From: an uncultured Alphaproteobacteria bacterium
GTDB lineage: Bacteria; Pseudomonadota; Alphaproteobacteria; Rhizobiales; Kaistiaceae
Length of the DNA: 64,000 nucleotides
Direction of reading: 5' to 3'
Assembly (NCBI GenBank): GCA_963792845.1
Contig: CAWBXW010000004.1
Coordinates: 5,313-69,312 of the forward strand
Both the position numbers and the translations under genes were made by a program. Under the pieces are notes generated by a model. The model saw only the letters and a program-made list of their open reading frames with translations, was not told where the DNA came from and did not search any database. This document shows positions 63,410 to 64,000 of this stretch, in pieces (position 1 is the first letter of the stretch; each line of letters begins with the position of its first letter).

Positions 63410-64000
63410 GCGTCGCCGACCTGTTGTCGATACATGCAGCCATGGCCTCGATCACCCGCTTGGTTTCGTGGGGATCCCGTACCTCTATCGAGACGACCCC
63501 GGCCTGCTTGGCGGGATAATCGTTGCCACCGGGAAAGATTGCGTCACCAACGAAGATCATGTCCGCGATGGCGACGCCGAGCGTTTGTTCGAGCTTTTTG
63601 ATGCCATAGGCTTTGTCTATGCCCGGCCTGGTGACGTCGATAGAGGTCGACCCACCGATATTGACCGAAAACTCCGGAAGCAGTGGATCGAGCAGCGCTT
63701 TGATCTTCCGACGTTTTTTCAGGTCGGGGTCCCATTTTTCCTTCTGATCGAGCGGCGCTTCCTGGCCTAATGCCGAAAATGTGATCTGACTGCCGCGATC
63801 CTCGATGACCTCTCCCCAATGCCGTCCGGTCCTAATGCCGGACGATTTTACGGCGGCCTGTATTGCCTTGATGATCCGCGCCTTCTGGCCGGAATCCAGA
63901 TCTTCGGAATAGAGTTCATTCCATTCGCGGCCAGCGCGTCGAAAGAACTTCGTGCCACAGGTGGGCAGCAGGAAAAAATTCTTCAGGCGGTCGTCTTGAG
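63303..64000 (-). CDS. HAD-IIB family hydrolase (eukaryote-type phosphomannomutase-like), 5'-truncated by the window
   Basis: Open frame from the window end: PTCG, IEDRGSQITFSALGQ, GGSTSIDVT..GIDKAYG, FVGDAIFPGGND. The true stop may be near 63406 if there is an indel. Confidence 0.85.
   Translation of the reverse strand, partial: QDDRLKNFFLLPTCGTKFFRRAGREWNELYSEDLDSGQKARIIKAIQAAVKSSGIRTGRHWGEVIEDRGSQITFSALGQEAPLDQKEKWDPDLKKRRKIKALLDPLLPEFSVNIGGSTSIDVTRPGIDKAYGIKKLEQTLGVAIADMIFVGDAIFPGGNDYPAKQAGVVSIEVRDPHETKRVIEAMAACIDNRSATHDGSQDQTTRHDHGAASRRSERGRRGPQPSGRARL

Larger units (their letters stand above)
49594..64000. mobile_element. Putative (decayed) genomic island at the 3' end of tRNA-Thr
   Basis: IHF-consensus site and GTCCA direct repeats just after the tRNA; accessory cargo, two pseudogene remnants, lower-GC patches after 60.4 kb. 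No integrase or second att seen in window. Confidence 0.45.

Overview
GC-rich chromosomal window, most likely from a Hyphomicrobiales/Rhizobiales alphaproteobacterium (fixNOQP-GHIS with an FNR/FixK box, murA next to tRNA-Thr, an EcfG-type promoter, rhizobial-type REP repeats). From left to right it contains: (1) the edge of an integrative element at tRNA-Arg(CCG), with two tyrosine integrase/HTH modules and a truncated nuclease-like gene (1-3.5 kb); (2) housekeeping and metabolic genes, including a GNAT plus RimK-like ATP-grasp pair; (3) a ~450-nt, highly base-paired non-coding element (11.6-12.1 kb); (4) a sugar ABC operon; (5) a cbb3 oxidase operon riddled with single-base indels, most likely sequencing errors; (6) an RTX protein; (7) an uncharacterised 13-kb catabolic cluster built around two His-rich LVIVD beta-propeller paralogues; (8) a TetR/MFS pair, murA and tRNA-Thr(GGT). 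Beyond tRNA-Thr lies an island-like region with a ~2900-aa Ig/integrin-like FG-GAP/RTX adhesin coupled to a TIGR03032 gene, an XRE regulator preceded by an 11-bp repeat array, pseudogene remnants (formylglycine-generating enzyme, serine resolvase), a small protein with an EcfG-type promoter, and a GH130/HAD-IIB pair. The best candidates for undescribed systems are the structured RNA-like element, the LVIVD catabolic cluster and the adhesin-TIGR03032 module. All family calls come from motif recognition by eye; no database searches were run.
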